A stretch of DNA of 64,000 nt from Polyangiales bacterium (GCA_044229975.1 JBGARZ010000020.1:96001-160000); one strand, 5' to 3'. Counted from the first letter of the stretch, positions 49,645-59,374 are shown. The notes: a model not told the origin generated them from the letters alone. Numbers and translations: made by a program.

Positions 49645-50787
49645 ATGACCACGACCCTCACATCCAACGGCACGCTCGGCCCCACCCTCGACGCGACCAA
49701 CCTCGCCACCGTGCTGGGCCACGTCCTTGAGGCGAACGCCCTGGCGACCGCCTACTGTGAGCTCCCGACGCCCGTGTGCATCTGGGGCCCGCACGGCATC
49801 GGCAAGACCGCCCTCGTGAGGGAGCTCGCTCGCACCCGGGGTTGGGGCTTCGTCGTCGTAGCACCGGCACAGATCGAGGAGCTCGGGGACCTCCATGGTC
49901 TGCCCACGCGCATCGACGGCGGGACCGGCGAAGCCAAGGACGGGCGCACGGGCTTCCTGCCGCCCACCTGGGTCCCGACCCAGAAGGGCCCCGGCATCCT
50001 CCTGTTGGACGATTTGAACCGCGGGGACGTTCGCGTGTTGTCCGCCCTCATGCAGCTCCTCCAGACGCACCGCCTGTACTCCTGGTCGTTGCCTCCCGGA
50101 TGGCAGATCGTCTGCACCGCGAACCCGGACAGCGGGTCGTACGCCGTGACGCCGATGGACGACGCGATGCTCACCCGGATGGTGCACTTCACGATGACCT
50201 TCGACGCGAGGGTCTGGGCGCGGTGGGCCCACGACGCCGGGATCGACCCCCGCTGCATCGAGTTCGTGACGACGTACCCCGAGGCTGTTCTTGGTCGGCG
50301 TACGACGCCCCGCACGCTGGTGCAGTTGTTCCGCCTCGTCGCCCCGATCCGCGACTTCAACAGCGCCCGCGAGCTCGTCTCCAGGCTCGCGCATTCGACC
50401 CTCGACGTTGGTACCGCGGCGTCGTTCGTGAGCTTTGTCTGTGTCGAACAACACCAGCTCGCCACCGCCAAGGACATCCTCGACGCCGCCACCCCTGCGG
50501 ACGCGCGCAAGCACATCATCAACGCCGCGACCGACCACACTCAGGGAGGGCGGCTTCGCATCGACCGTGTGGGGCTGGTGATCGCTCGCATCGAAGAGGT
50601 GATCGAGGCCGACGACTACACCCCCGGCCCCCGGCACCCGGCCAATCTCTCGGCCCTACTCGCGAGCGCGGAGGTGCCGCGGGACATGGCGATGCGCCTG
50701 CACCGCGCCCTCGCACGACGGGGCCTCGGGCATCTCGTGCGAGACCGCGCCGTTGCGAAGCGCCTCCTCAACGAGGGGGCGTCGTGA
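49645..50787 (+). CDS. MoxR-like AAA+ ATPase
   Basis: WGPHGIGKT, DLHGLP, LLLDDLNR, VCTANP, AMLTRM and TTPRT. Confidence 0.88.
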   Translation: MTTTLTSNGTLGPTLDATNLATVLGHVLEANALATAYCELPTPVCIWGPHGIGKTALVRELARTRGWGFVVVAPAQIEELGDLHGLPTRIDGGTGEAKDGRTGFLPPTWVPTQKGPGILLLDDLNRGDVRVLSALMQLLQTHRLYSWSLPPGWQIVCTANPDSGSYAVTPMDDAMLTRMVHFTMTFDARVWARWAHDAGIDPRCIEFVTTYPEAVLGRRTTPRTLVQLFRLVAPIRDFNSARELVSRLAHSTLDVGTAASFVSFVCVEQHQLATAKDILDAATPADARKHIINAATDHTQGGRLRIDRVGLVIARIEEVIEADDYTPGPRHPANLSALLASAEVPRDMAMRLHRALARRGLGHLVRDRAVAKRLLNEGAS

Positions 50788-51998
50788 TGGTGGCCCGTGA
50801 GCCCGTCACCATCACCGACGATGAGTGCTGCGAGCTCCTCGCGACCGCGTCGTGGGACCTCGGCCGCAAGCTCCCCTTCTACGGGCACGTCCTCGCCGCG
50901 TTCGACCGCGTCGTTGGTGTCTCCGTTCCCACCGCCGCCGTGGGTGCGGGTCACGAAGGGCAGCCCACGCTCTTCCTCAACCCAACGTTCTTCGGGGCCA
51001 CGCTGCGACGCGACGAGCACCGCATCGCGGTCCTCGAACACGAGGTCCTTCACGTGGTCTGCGGCCACTTGCGGTTGAACACCGCCGAGATGCCCGACGC
51101 CCGGCGAAGGGCCATCTCGATGGACATCGTGGTCAACCAGTACGTTTCGCACCCGCTCCCACGCGGCGCGGTCACCCTCGCGGCGTTCAAGGACTTCCCC
51201 GCCGGGCTCACCGTCGAGAGCTACTACCGCCTGTTGTCCAAGATCCCCGACGAGGAGCTCGCGAGGTTCGGGCGGGACCTTTCCCGCGGGCACAACCGCT
51301 GGAGCGACCCTCAAACAGACGAGAGCGGGCAACGGCTCGTGGACACGCTCGACGAGATCGTCACCGAGGCCCTGCGTCGGGCTGAACGCGATGGGAGCTT
51401 CGACTCCCTCGCCAAGCCGCTGCGGCTGTCGCTCTTGCGGGGTCGTCTCTCTCCCGTGGGTGCCACCGACTGGCGGCGTGCCCTGCGGCTCTTCAGTGCC
51501 CGCGCCCTCCGTGCTGGTGTGCGCGCCACCAACCAACGGGAGTCCCGCCGCTACGGAGCCTCCACGGGCGACTGGCGGGGTCCAATCGTGCCGGGCCTCC
51601 GTCGCGGTCGCAGACCCTCCTTGGCGGTGGCCATCGACACGTCGGGTTCGATCCCGATCGACACTGTCGGGAGGTTCTACGAGGAGGTCGGGCGCATCGT
51701 CGCCGCCGGAGCCACCGTCCACATCATCGAGTGCGACCTCGCGGTGCAGCGCACCTACCCGTGGACAGGGGTGCCGCCCACGCACTCCACGGGCGGCGGT
51801 GGGACGAACTTCGACCCCGTCTTCCGGTGGCTCATCAACGAGGGCCGCCGGTTGAACCTCTCGGGCTGCGTGTACCTCACCGACGGTCACGCCCCGCGCC
51901 CTCTTGTACGCCCGCCGGTCCCGGTGCTCTGGGCGGTCACCGCCAACGGGACGAACGCCAACACGGCCTTCGGGCCGAGCATCTCCCTGCCCGCGTAG
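50787..51998 (+). CDS. DUF2201-type metallopeptidase + vWA-like protein
   Basis: HEVLH, DIVVNQ, AIDTSGS (MIDAS), GGGGTNFDPVF and YLTDG. TGATG coupling to the ATPase. Confidence 0.88.
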   Translation: MVAREPVTITDDECCELLATASWDLGRKLPFYGHVLAAFDRVVGVSVPTAAVGAGHEGQPTLFLNPTFFGATLRRDEHRIAVLEHEVLHVVCGHLRLNTAEMPDARRRAISMDIVVNQYVSHPLPRGAVTLAAFKDFPAGLTVESYYRLLSKIPDEELARFGRDLSRGHNRWSDPQTDESGQRLVDTLDEIVTEALRRAERDGSFDSLAKPLRLSLLRGRLSPVGATDWRRALRLFSARALRAGVRATNQRESRRYGASTGDWRGPIVPGLRRGRRPSLAVAIDTSGSIPIDTVGRFYEEVGRIVAAGATVHIIECDLAVQRTYPWTGVPPTHSTGGGGTNFDPVFRWLINEGRRLNLSGCVYLTDGHAPRPLVRPPVPVLWAVTANGTNANTAFGPSISLPA

Positions 51999-52001
51999 TT
52001 T

Positions 52002-52059
52002 TCGCTAAACACCCCCCTCGCAGAGTTGTTAGGGGTTGGAAGGGGAACGGTTCAGACCG
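52002..52059 (+). promoter_or_regulatory. Conserved upstream motif, copy 2
   Basis: TCGCTAAACACC-N8-AGAGTTG...AGGGGAACGG...GACCG, starting 3 nt after the vWA stop. Confidence 0.75.
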
Positions 52060-52128
52060 ACGCGGGCACCGGGTGGTGCTCGTCGTCGCGACGACCATCC
52101 CGCGCCCGCCATGGTCGAACGCTCGCGT

Positions 52129-52194
52129 GTCGATCTCGCTAAACACCCACATCCCAGAGTTGATAGGGGGGAAGGGGGACGGAACGCTGACCGA
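52129..52194 (+). promoter_or_regulatory. Conserved upstream motif, copy 3
   Basis: GTCGATCTCGCTAAACACC-N8-AGAGTTG...AGGGGGACGG...GCTGACCG. Confidence 0.75.
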
Positions 52195-52321
52195 TACGAC
52201 GCACGGGCGGTCGTCACGGAGAGCCCCGCAACACCCGCTTCGAGAACCCCCGACCATTCACCGAGAGCACGCGCCCTTGCGCTCTCTCACCCCTCTCTAT
52301 TCACCGAAAGGAACCGTCTCC

Positions 52322-53401
52322 ATGAACCACGCCGTCGTCCCCGCCAACATCACCACGCTCGCCCGAACGTCCATCGCCGCCAACACCTCCTCGCCGCCGC
52401 CTACCCGGATGCTCAAGGGCCGCTCGTTCGCCAACGTGTTCGAGTCCGTGATGACTCGCGCTGGCGAGATGGTCCCCGACCGTGTCGTCCACGTCGCCGA
52501 CCTGCGTATGACGCCCGAGGGCCACGTCGAGCTCCCCGGCGGCACGCGCTACCGCCTCAACGACTGGGCTCGCAAGGGCCTCGCCTCGATGCTCGGTCTC
52601 CGCTGGGAGACGTGGTTCAAGTCGGCCTCGGGTGAGGAGCGCGCCGAGGAGGTCAACCGCCGCTTCAGCAGGATTCCGGGCGAGAAGAAGATCCGTGCGT
52701 GGCGCGACGACGACGGTGTGGCCGATGGCATCGCCAGGGCCTTCCTCGCCCCGGGCTTCACGCCCATCGACGACGCCCGGATCTTCGAGCGCATGAACAC
52801 CATGCTCAAGGGGCTCGTCAGCGAGTACGTGTGGACCGCCACGGAGTTCACCGACTCGACGAGCAACTTCACGGCGGTCCACACCGAGGCGTTCGACCTG
52901 GACGGCGACCGGCTGCACCCCGGGTTCCATCTCAGGAACTCAGAGGTGGGTGGGGCGGCGCTGTCCCTCGATGACTACGCCATGAGGCTCGTCTGCATGA
53001 ACGGGCTCATGGTGCGGGTCGGCGGCAAGCGCTCCCTCTACCGCACGCACCGCAGCATCGAGGACGACCAGCTCGCGGCTGCCCTCGTGATTGCCGTGGG
53101 TCGCCTTCCCCAGCGGTGGCAGGTCTCCTTGGAGTGGATGCGCGCTGCCAAGGGCCTCGCCGTCGCCCACCCCGACGACGCGGTGGCCGCGATCCTCGGT
53201 GATTCCACCGAGGTGCCGAAGGCCCTCATCGAAGAGGCGCAGCGCGTGGTGCTCCGCGACGGGGATGCGACGCGCTTCGGCGTCGTGCAGGCCATCACAC
53301 TCACGGCGCATCAGTCGAACCGTAACCCCGACGTGCGGTTCGCCATGGAGCGCCTCGCGGGCGACTACCTCGCGGCCACGCCCGTCCTCACGGCAGCGTG
53401 A
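52322..53401 (+). CDS. DUF932-like protein
   Basis: GFHLRNSEVG...RLVCMNG...RTH and TRFGVVQAIT motifs. GAAAGGA RBS. Confidence 0.7.
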   Translation: MNHAVVPANITTLARTSIAANTSSPPPTRMLKGRSFANVFESVMTRAGEMVPDRVVHVADLRMTPEGHVELPGGTRYRLNDWARKGLASMLGLRWETWFKSASGEERAEEVNRRFSRIPGEKKIRAWRDDDGVADGIARAFLAPGFTPIDDARIFERMNTMLKGLVSEYVWTATEFTDSTSNFTAVHTEAFDLDGDRLHPGFHLRNSEVGGAALSLDDYAMRLVCMNGLMVRVGGKRSLYRTHRSIEDDQLAAALVIAVGRLPQRWQVSLEWMRAAKGLAVAHPDDAVAAILGDSTEVPKALIEEAQRVVLRDGDATRFGVVQAITLTAHQSNRNPDVRFAMERLAGDYLAATPVLTAA

Positions 53402-54270
53402 CCACGCACCCGGTCGGGCCCCTCATGGACATCATCCATGAGGGGCTCGCGGGACCCCCATCGAGGACCGCCGTGATCCTCCCCGACAACTACTCCGTCC
53501 GCGGCGCTCGTGGGCGCTTCGATCCGCAGGCGTGGATCCGCCATCTCGCGGACCATCCCGCCGACGTTGCTCACCAGATCGAGCTCCTATCCCTCCTCGA
53601 CGACGAGGTGGTTGAGACCCTGCTGGCCGGCGTGGATGTCGGCCCGAGGTACCCGGTGAGGGCGTCGGGCTCGTCCCTGCGTTGGGTGCTTCCGCGGGTG
53701 TTCCGTCGGCCCCGTCCGGTGACTGTGCTCGACGTGAGGTTCTCGACGCACCTCGCGGCCGTACTTGGTCTCGCGGCGTGGGGCGAAGGGCCCGCTGCAC
53801 GGCGAGTCCGGTCGGGACTCCGCGAGTTGCACCTCCCGCAGCGGGCTCAGTGGTGGCTGAACGACAGCCTGGAGAGCTTGAACAACCTCGTGCAGTTCAC
53901 CGCGCCCGGTACCCTTTGGCACCCGGCCGCGACGTTGCCGCGACGGTTCTTCGTGATGCCGAAGATGAACGAGCTCGACCTCAACGGGGCGGGGCTTGGT
54001 GACTTCCGAGTCGCAACCACCGAGTGGAACCTCCCCGTCGTGACGCGCCTCTCCCTCTCGGGCAACAGCCTCACGAGGGTGCCTGACGCGGTGCTGCGGC
54101 TCGACACCCTGGAGGTCCTGAACCTCATGTGCAACCCCATGAGGGAGGTGCCCGAGGCCCTCGCGGCCCTCCCGAGGCTGCGCTACCTCGACCTGCGGCA
54201 AACCGGCGTCATGTCGCTCCCGGCAGCCTTCGCCGCCCGCCCCGGACTCCATGTCCAGCGCGGGGACTGA
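53398..54270 (+). CDS. Leucine-rich repeat protein
   Basis: LSLSGNSLTRVP, LEVLNLMCNPMREVP and LRYLDLRQTGVMSLP. GTGA overlap. Confidence 0.8.
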   Translation: MTTHPVGPLMDIIHEGLAGPPSRTAVILPDNYSVRGARGRFDPQAWIRHLADHPADVAHQIELLSLLDDEVVETLLAGVDVGPRYPVRASGSSLRWVLPRVFRRPRPVTVLDVRFSTHLAAVLGLAAWGEGPAARRVRSGLRELHLPQRAQWWLNDSLESLNNLVQFTAPGTLWHPAATLPRRFFVMPKMNELDLNGAGLGDFRVATTEWNLPVVTRLSLSGNSLTRVPDAVLRLDTLEVLNLMCNPMREVPEALAALPRLRYLDLRQTGVMSLPAAFAARPGLHVQRGD

Positions 54271-54414
54271 CGCCCCCAGACACACGCTCCGACTCGGGTG
54301 CCCCGCCACCACGAGTCCGTCCCGATCACGAACGCCAACCACCTGGGCGGGTCGCCGTCCTTCACGACGGCGCAGCCGCCGCTCCATGTCCGAACGAAAT
54401 GAGACACGTCCGTC

Positions 54415-54972
54415 ATGAACAACAAGCCACTCTCATCTGTTCCGTTCCCGAACTCCACCCCGGAAGGGAGGTTCTCCCTCGACGACTCCGACGTGCTGCC
54501 CATCAAGTACGCCGGGCACGCGGTGGTGGGCGTCCTGGTGGGGTGCCGTCCTCAGTGGGTCTCTGTCGCCGTGCGAGACGGGACGTGTGGCGGGTACCAC
54601 CTCGCACCCCGGCAACCGCGCGACCGCCGCGGCATGATGGTCGCCCTCGCGGGCCACGTCGCCCTGTCGATCTACGCCGAGAGGGCAGTCATGGCTGCGG
54701 ACCTCGCCACATGGGCCGAGGTCACCGACCTCGCCAGCTTCGCAGACCTGTTCACCCCGGAGGTGCGTGACGACGATCGACAGTTTCGCGACCTCTACGA
54801 GCGCCTCTGCGCCGAAGTCCGGGAATTGCTCCTGGCGCACTGGGCGAGCGTCCTCGTCCTCGCCACCGAGCTCGCAGACTGCGGGCGACTCGAAGGCCCC
54901 GAGCTCACCCGGATCGTGCGGGGGGTCACGTCCGCCCGCCGTCGTCCCGAACTGACGACGCCCGCCGGATGA
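54415..54972 (+). CDS. Degenerate FtsH/M41 peptidase-like domain protein, paralog 1
   Basis: IKYAGHAVVG (cf. HEAGHAVV), MVALAG and LLAHWASVLVLATEL...LEGPEL. Confidence 0.65.
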   Translation: MNNKPLSSVPFPNSTPEGRFSLDDSDVLPIKYAGHAVVGVLVGCRPQWVSVAVRDGTCGGYHLAPRQPRDRRGMMVALAGHVALSIYAERAVMAADLATWAEVTDLASFADLFTPEVRDDDRQFRDLYERLCAEVRELLLAHWASVLVLATELADCGRLEGPELTRIVRGVTSARRRPELTTPAG

Positions 54973-55113
54973 AGCGTCTCCAGTGCCCTTCCCACCCACA
55001 CCAACGAGTCGCCCTCAACCACCCATGACCATCAACACTCCCGTTCGATCCCTCTGTTGCGCCTTCGAAACGGCCCTGAAGCCACTCTCTTCAGGAATCC
55101 AGGAGCCCCGATC

Positions 55114-56352
55114 ATGACCACCCATCAAGCCTCCCCCGTCCCGTCGTCCATCCCGACTGAGATCGACGTGAAGATCGACGACCTCAAGTTCGACCCCAAG
55201 CTCCAGACGCGGGCGAAGCCCCACGACCGGCAGTACGTCATGGGCCTCTGCGAGGTGATCCGGGAGCGAGGGTTCCAGGATTCCATCGTGGTCTTCCGTG
55301 ATCCCACCGACGGGAGCCAATGGGTGGCGGACGGCCACGCCCGGGCGGATGCCGCGAGGTCGGCCGGATGCGCCACGATCCGGGCCCGCGTCCACGAAGG
55401 TGGACTTCGAGAGGCCTTCGAGTTCGCCCTGGGAGCCAACGCCACGCACGGTGTCCGCCGGACCAACGCGGACCTTCGCCACACGGTACTGACGGCTCTC
55501 GCAGACCCCGGTACGAAGACGTACACGAACGAGAAGATCGCTGATCTGTGTCACTGCTCCGACCACTACGTCGGCGTTCTCCGCAACAAGCTGGCGGCGA
55601 CGAGTGGCAACCCGGCGGAAGCTCGCCGCACGGGCAAGGATGGGAAGTCCTACCCGGCGAGGCGTCCCCGCAAGGCGGCAGTGCCGACCAGATCGAAACC
55701 GGCCAGAAGTTCCTCGGTCGCGGTGTCCCCTCCGCAGACCAGGACCGACTCGCTCGCATCGACGGACGGGGCAGCGGGGTCCAGCATCGCCATCACCAAG
55801 GGAGTGCCCACGGAGGCGAGCCACGATGGTCTGAGCGCCGAGGTGACGACGCCGACCAACTCGACGCACGTCATCCACGAGGTCGTCGGGGTCATCCCGG
55901 TTGAGCCGCCCGCGGCCCTCCTGGGAGAAGGCCCCCACGTGGTCGCCACCCCGAGTGAGGGTGAGCCCACGGCGATGCCGACCGACGCCACGGTGGTCTC
56001 CACCCCGGAGGACGTGATCCCGTCCATCACGATTCCCTCGGCGCTGGGCGAGGACGAGGAAGCTCTGTTGGGACAGCTCCTCAGCATCTGCGCGAAGATT
56101 CACGCCCGTCGCCAGCGCCAACCGGAGGTGACCGTCCGGGAGGACCTCGTTCGGGCGGCCCGCGAGAAGGTCGCGCGATGCCTGGACGAGTGCTACCCGG
56201 ATACGCGGGACACCGTTCACGGGAAGCTCACCAACGCCCCGGCCCGGTTCTACGAGATGATGGGTTACAACCCCCGTCCCGGTCACGGGAGTGACGAGGC
56301 AATTCTGGGCGTGCTCTCGGCGGAGATCGACCAGGAGCGCCTGACCACCTGA
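55114..56352 (+). CDS. ParB N-terminal-like domain protein with HTH and low-complexity linker
   Basis: IVVF...WVADGHAR, ANATHGVRRTNAD and TNEKIADLCHCS. AGGAG RBS. Confidence 0.78.
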   Translation: MTTHQASPVPSSIPTEIDVKIDDLKFDPKLQTRAKPHDRQYVMGLCEVIRERGFQDSIVVFRDPTDGSQWVADGHARADAARSAGCATIRARVHEGGLREAFEFALGANATHGVRRTNADLRHTVLTALADPGTKTYTNEKIADLCHCSDHYVGVLRNKLAATSGNPAEARRTGKDGKSYPARRPRKAAVPTRSKPARSSSVAVSPPQTRTDSLASTDGAAGSSIAITKGVPTEASHDGLSAEVTTPTNSTHVIHEVVGVIPVEPPAALLGEGPHVVATPSEGEPTAMPTDATVVSTPEDVIPSITIPSALGEDEEALLGQLLSICAKIHARRQRQPEVTVREDLVRAAREKVARCLDECYPDTRDTVHGKLTNAPARFYEMMGYNPRPGHGSDEAILGVLSAEIDQERLTT

Positions 56353-56381
56353 CCGCAGGTAGATGCGCGCCTGACCCACTA

Positions 56382-56413
56382 CGGGGCTCCTCGGTGTTGA
56401 CCGAGGAGCCCCG
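56382..56413. terminator. 14-bp perfect hairpin after the ParB-like gene
   Basis: CGGGGCTCCTCGGT-GTTG-ACCGAGGAGCCCCG with no U tract. Confidence 0.6.
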
Positions 56414-56629
56414 GCCCGTCGTCCTCGCTGCGAGGGCGGGGCCGGGGAGCGCCGTGGTCGTCCGCGACCGTCCAGTACCTCAACGAGGACGGGGACACGG
56501 GTGAGCGCCGAGGGGCCAACGACGCGGAGAACCGGAGGGTGATGGTCGCGAGAAAAAATCTCGGGAGGGGGCTCATGCGGGCGTAACGCGCAGTGCAGGA
56601 CACCAGACCCCCTGCAGAAGGTAAAGCAA

Positions 56630-57490
56630 ATGACGACCAACGACGCTATCTCGAATCCGGTCTCGGCCACGCTCCCTGTGCCGGAGGTACCCTCGCTCCT
56701 TCTCTTCCGTTCCACACTGGCAATCAAGATGGCCGGACACGCGGTGGTCGGAGAGGCCATGGGCCGTCGCCCGAGGTCGGTGTGGTTGAATCCCCGTGAC
56801 GGGATGTACGGAATTTACCGCATCGATAGGCCCAAAGCGGACGCTGAACTCAGCGCGATGGTCGCCCTCGGTGGGTACGCCGCCCTGAGCATCGCGGATC
56901 TGATGGACGAGCCCACGTCCAAGGGCTTCAGGGAGTCTGCTCTGTGCACCGACGCACACCACGCCTCCATGTACTTTCCCACGGAGGAGAACAACCGCCC
57001 TGCACTGGCGCTGCGGCTCCTCCCCTTCGTTCACGACTTGCTGCTTCGGCGATGGAACAGGGTGAAGATCGTCGCCGCGTACCTCGATGAACACGGAATG
57101 ATCGACGGTCCGACCCTGGGACGTCTCGTCTCTGCGGCCGACAACATCGAAGTGCCGGGCCCTCAGATCGAGGATGCTCAAGTGTTTCCGATCGCCAGTC
57201 CCGCGGTCCCCATGAAGGCCGTCGATGCGCATGAGAGTGCCGTGGTCCGAGACGCAGAGAGCACGCAGGTCAACCCCGCCAAGCCCCAACGGATCGCAAG
57301 CGAGTACGATGTGGATCTCCTCCGTGAGGTTCTCGAAGGCATCGCATCCAAGGAGGTGTCCGTCGAGGAAGCGGTGGCCTTCCTGAAGCCCACGCCGATG
57401 CAAGAGATCGCCCTTCGTTCTTTCGCCCGTGAGGGTTCCACCCTCGCCAAGGCCCTCGACGCCTTCACCTACACCCCGTCGCAGAAGTAG
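56630..57490 (+). CDS. Degenerate FtsH/M41 peptidase-like domain protein, paralog 2
   Basis: IKMAGHAVVG, MVALGG and LLRRWNRVKIVAAYLDEHGMIDGPTL, plus an extra C-terminal tail. Confidence 0.65.
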   Translation: MTTNDAISNPVSATLPVPEVPSLLLFRSTLAIKMAGHAVVGEAMGRRPRSVWLNPRDGMYGIYRIDRPKADAELSAMVALGGYAALSIADLMDEPTSKGFRESALCTDAHHASMYFPTEENNRPALALRLLPFVHDLLLRRWNRVKIVAAYLDEHGMIDGPTLGRLVSAADNIEVPGPQIEDAQVFPIASPAVPMKAVDAHESAVVRDAESTQVNPAKPQRIASEYDVDLLREVLEGIASKEVSVEEAVAFLKPTPMQEIALRSFAREGSTLAKALDAFTYTPSQK

Positions 57491-57933
57491 GCCCGAGCCT
57501 CCTCCGTCGTTCCCACGAACACGGAGAGATCGAGCGACGGCCCTCCACTCGACTCCACCTATTCGACTGTCTCGTTCCGGGGCCGGTGTGGCCGTACTCA
57601 CCGCGGCTCTGGACCGCCCCGGACCGCTATCCGGTGCTCCTCCTCGACGGCCCCAACCAGGCCAAGCGGTCTACCCACCCGGTGCTCTACGACGCCATGA
57701 AGTTGTTGCGACGCTGGCGCTGGAAGGTGGTGGGGCAGTGGCTCGTCGGGACTCGTACGGGAACGTGATCATGACAGCCAGCGCGGCGTCGGACTGCCGT
57801 TCCCCGCCGACGTGGCCCGCATTCTGGACACCTGTTCGCTCAGCACATCGTGACCGGCTGAGGTCTCGGGTCCCTCGTTGGCTGGATGCAGCCCGGAGCG
57901 GACCGCGACCACCCCAGGTCGGGGAGGGTGTCG

Positions 57934-58488
57934 CTACAGCCCCTTCAGAAACGATCTGAAGGTCAGGGCAACGCCCGTTGGGAGCGCCGAGACAGTTCCA
58001 ATCCCAGGAGCCGAGGAAGTTCCAGTCCCAGGGATCTGCCCTGTCGGAACCAGTTGGCGCTCTGGAACGGCTTGCCCCTCTCGGATAAGCGCTTCGACGA
58101 ACCCCTCCAATTCAGGGTCCACGTCCAAGGCGAACCGTAGTTCATGCTCAGCAACGTGCGGGAACCAGGACACCCCGAACTTCTTCCGAAGACTTCCCCC
58201 GACTTGGGCAGCACGCTCGATCTGCCCACCATGTTGAAGGTAGAGCGCCGCGACAAACGCAACAACTCGCCGCTGTTCCTCCTCACTCTTCCGGATGCAC
58301 AACTGACAGGCCTTTTCGATAGCCTTCTGCTGTGAGTCGAGATTGACTCGGCCTTTTAGCACTTGCTGGCGATCGCTCCAGGCTTGCCAGCCGCTCTGAA
58401 TCCTATTCGCTGCCCCTTGAACCATATTGGGGTGCTTGAGGGCGTAGTCCATTACCTTCACGGCGATAGAAACGAGGTCGGCCACCAT
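57934..58488 (-). CDS. Hypothetical protein of lower GC content
   Basis: Protein-like composition on the strand opposite the other cargo. Confidence 0.55.
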   Translation of the reverse strand: MVADLVSIAVKVMDYALKHPNMVQGAANRIQSGWQAWSDRQQVLKGRVNLDSQQKAIEKACQLCIRKSEEEQRRVVAFVAALYLQHGGQIERAAQVGGSLRKKFGVSWFPHVAEHELRFALDVDPELEGFVEALIREGQAVPERQLVPTGQIPGTGTSSAPGIGTVSALPTGVALTFRSFLKGL

Positions 58489-59154
58489 GGTCCTTCGTAC
58501 CAACCTCTTCTCCGCGCCGCAAGAGCCCGTCCGCAGGTCGGAGAAGCCACGAGGTCGTCCGCTGACGGGTGGGGAGTCGCACTGGGATGGGACCATGCTC
58601 GCCTCGGGTTGAACCACGGCGACCTCGCGCGAGGTTCGATCGGATCGGACCTGCCACGACAGGGCCTTCTGGCCCGACCCTCAGCAGCCTCGTGACCAGC
58701 AAGGGCGTTCGCCTCCCGGATCACCCGCTGGTCGCCCCCCACACGCCGACCCTGACCGCGCCGCCGAGCTCCTCGACCGGGTCCTGGTCGTGCGCGTCGG
58801 GCGGGTCGCCGCTCAGGGTCGAACCGTTTGAGCCTGCCGCCCTACGAGTTGCCCCTCGCGCCGTCCTCACCGACACGCGAGCCTACACCGCCGACGACGC
58901 CTACACCGACGGCCTCGGTGCTCGACCTCGAAGGGCTCCCGCGGGCCTCACCGCGGCGTCCCGCGGGGCGTGTAGGGGCGGCGACGGCCTCACGGCCGAG
59001 AGGTCTCGGGGAACGCCCTGGCGGGGCCAGGGAGGCCCGCCTGGGGCGGTAGGAATCCTCGGACTCCACTTGGGGCCCTCCGTTCGTTGGGCGTCGGTTG
59101 CCGTGGCCACCAGTTGTTCCCTACGATCAGGCACGGAACGAAGGAGAGGTCGAG

Positions 59155-59343
59155 ATGAACGGAACCGAGTACGGGCACTGCGCCAAGGGCGGCCACACGA
59201 AGGACCCCGACCAGAACTACGTGTGCGGCAAACACCTCAGCCCCGAGGTCCCCAGTCTCTACACCCACTGCGCCAAGTGCGGCATCAGCTTGGATGAGGA
59301 GTCACGCCGTTACGTGTGCGATGCGTGCCTCGTCCCACGATAG
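59155..59343 (+). CDS. 62-aa Cys/His-rich Zn-finger miniprotein
   Basis: GAAGGAG RBS and internal duplication HCAKGGH..YVCGKH / HCAKCG..YVCDAC. Confidence 0.7.
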   Translation: MNGTEYGHCAKGGHTKDPDQNYVCGKHLSPEVPSLYTHCAKCGISLDEESRRYVCDACLVPR

Positions 59344-59374
59344 TAGCCGCCCGTCCCTCCAGGAACGCCCCGGC

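Noticed and set aside
49529..52194. Motif copies as CRISPR repeats or integron attC sites
   Set aside because: Spacing is irregular, copies are degenerate, no RYYYAAC/GTTRRRY bounded palindrome is evident, and the integrase is not recognisably IntI-like.
55025..55117. 30-codon ORF overlapping the ParB-like start
   Set aside because: No RBS or other support. It may be chance.
57500..57930. Short ORFs after the second M41-like gene
   Set aside because: No convincing start, RBS or motif.
58690..58832. Fragment reading HADPDRAAELLDRVLVVRVGRVAAQG, like an ABC ATPase tail
   Set aside because: Too short and without Walker motifs. At most a decayed remnant.
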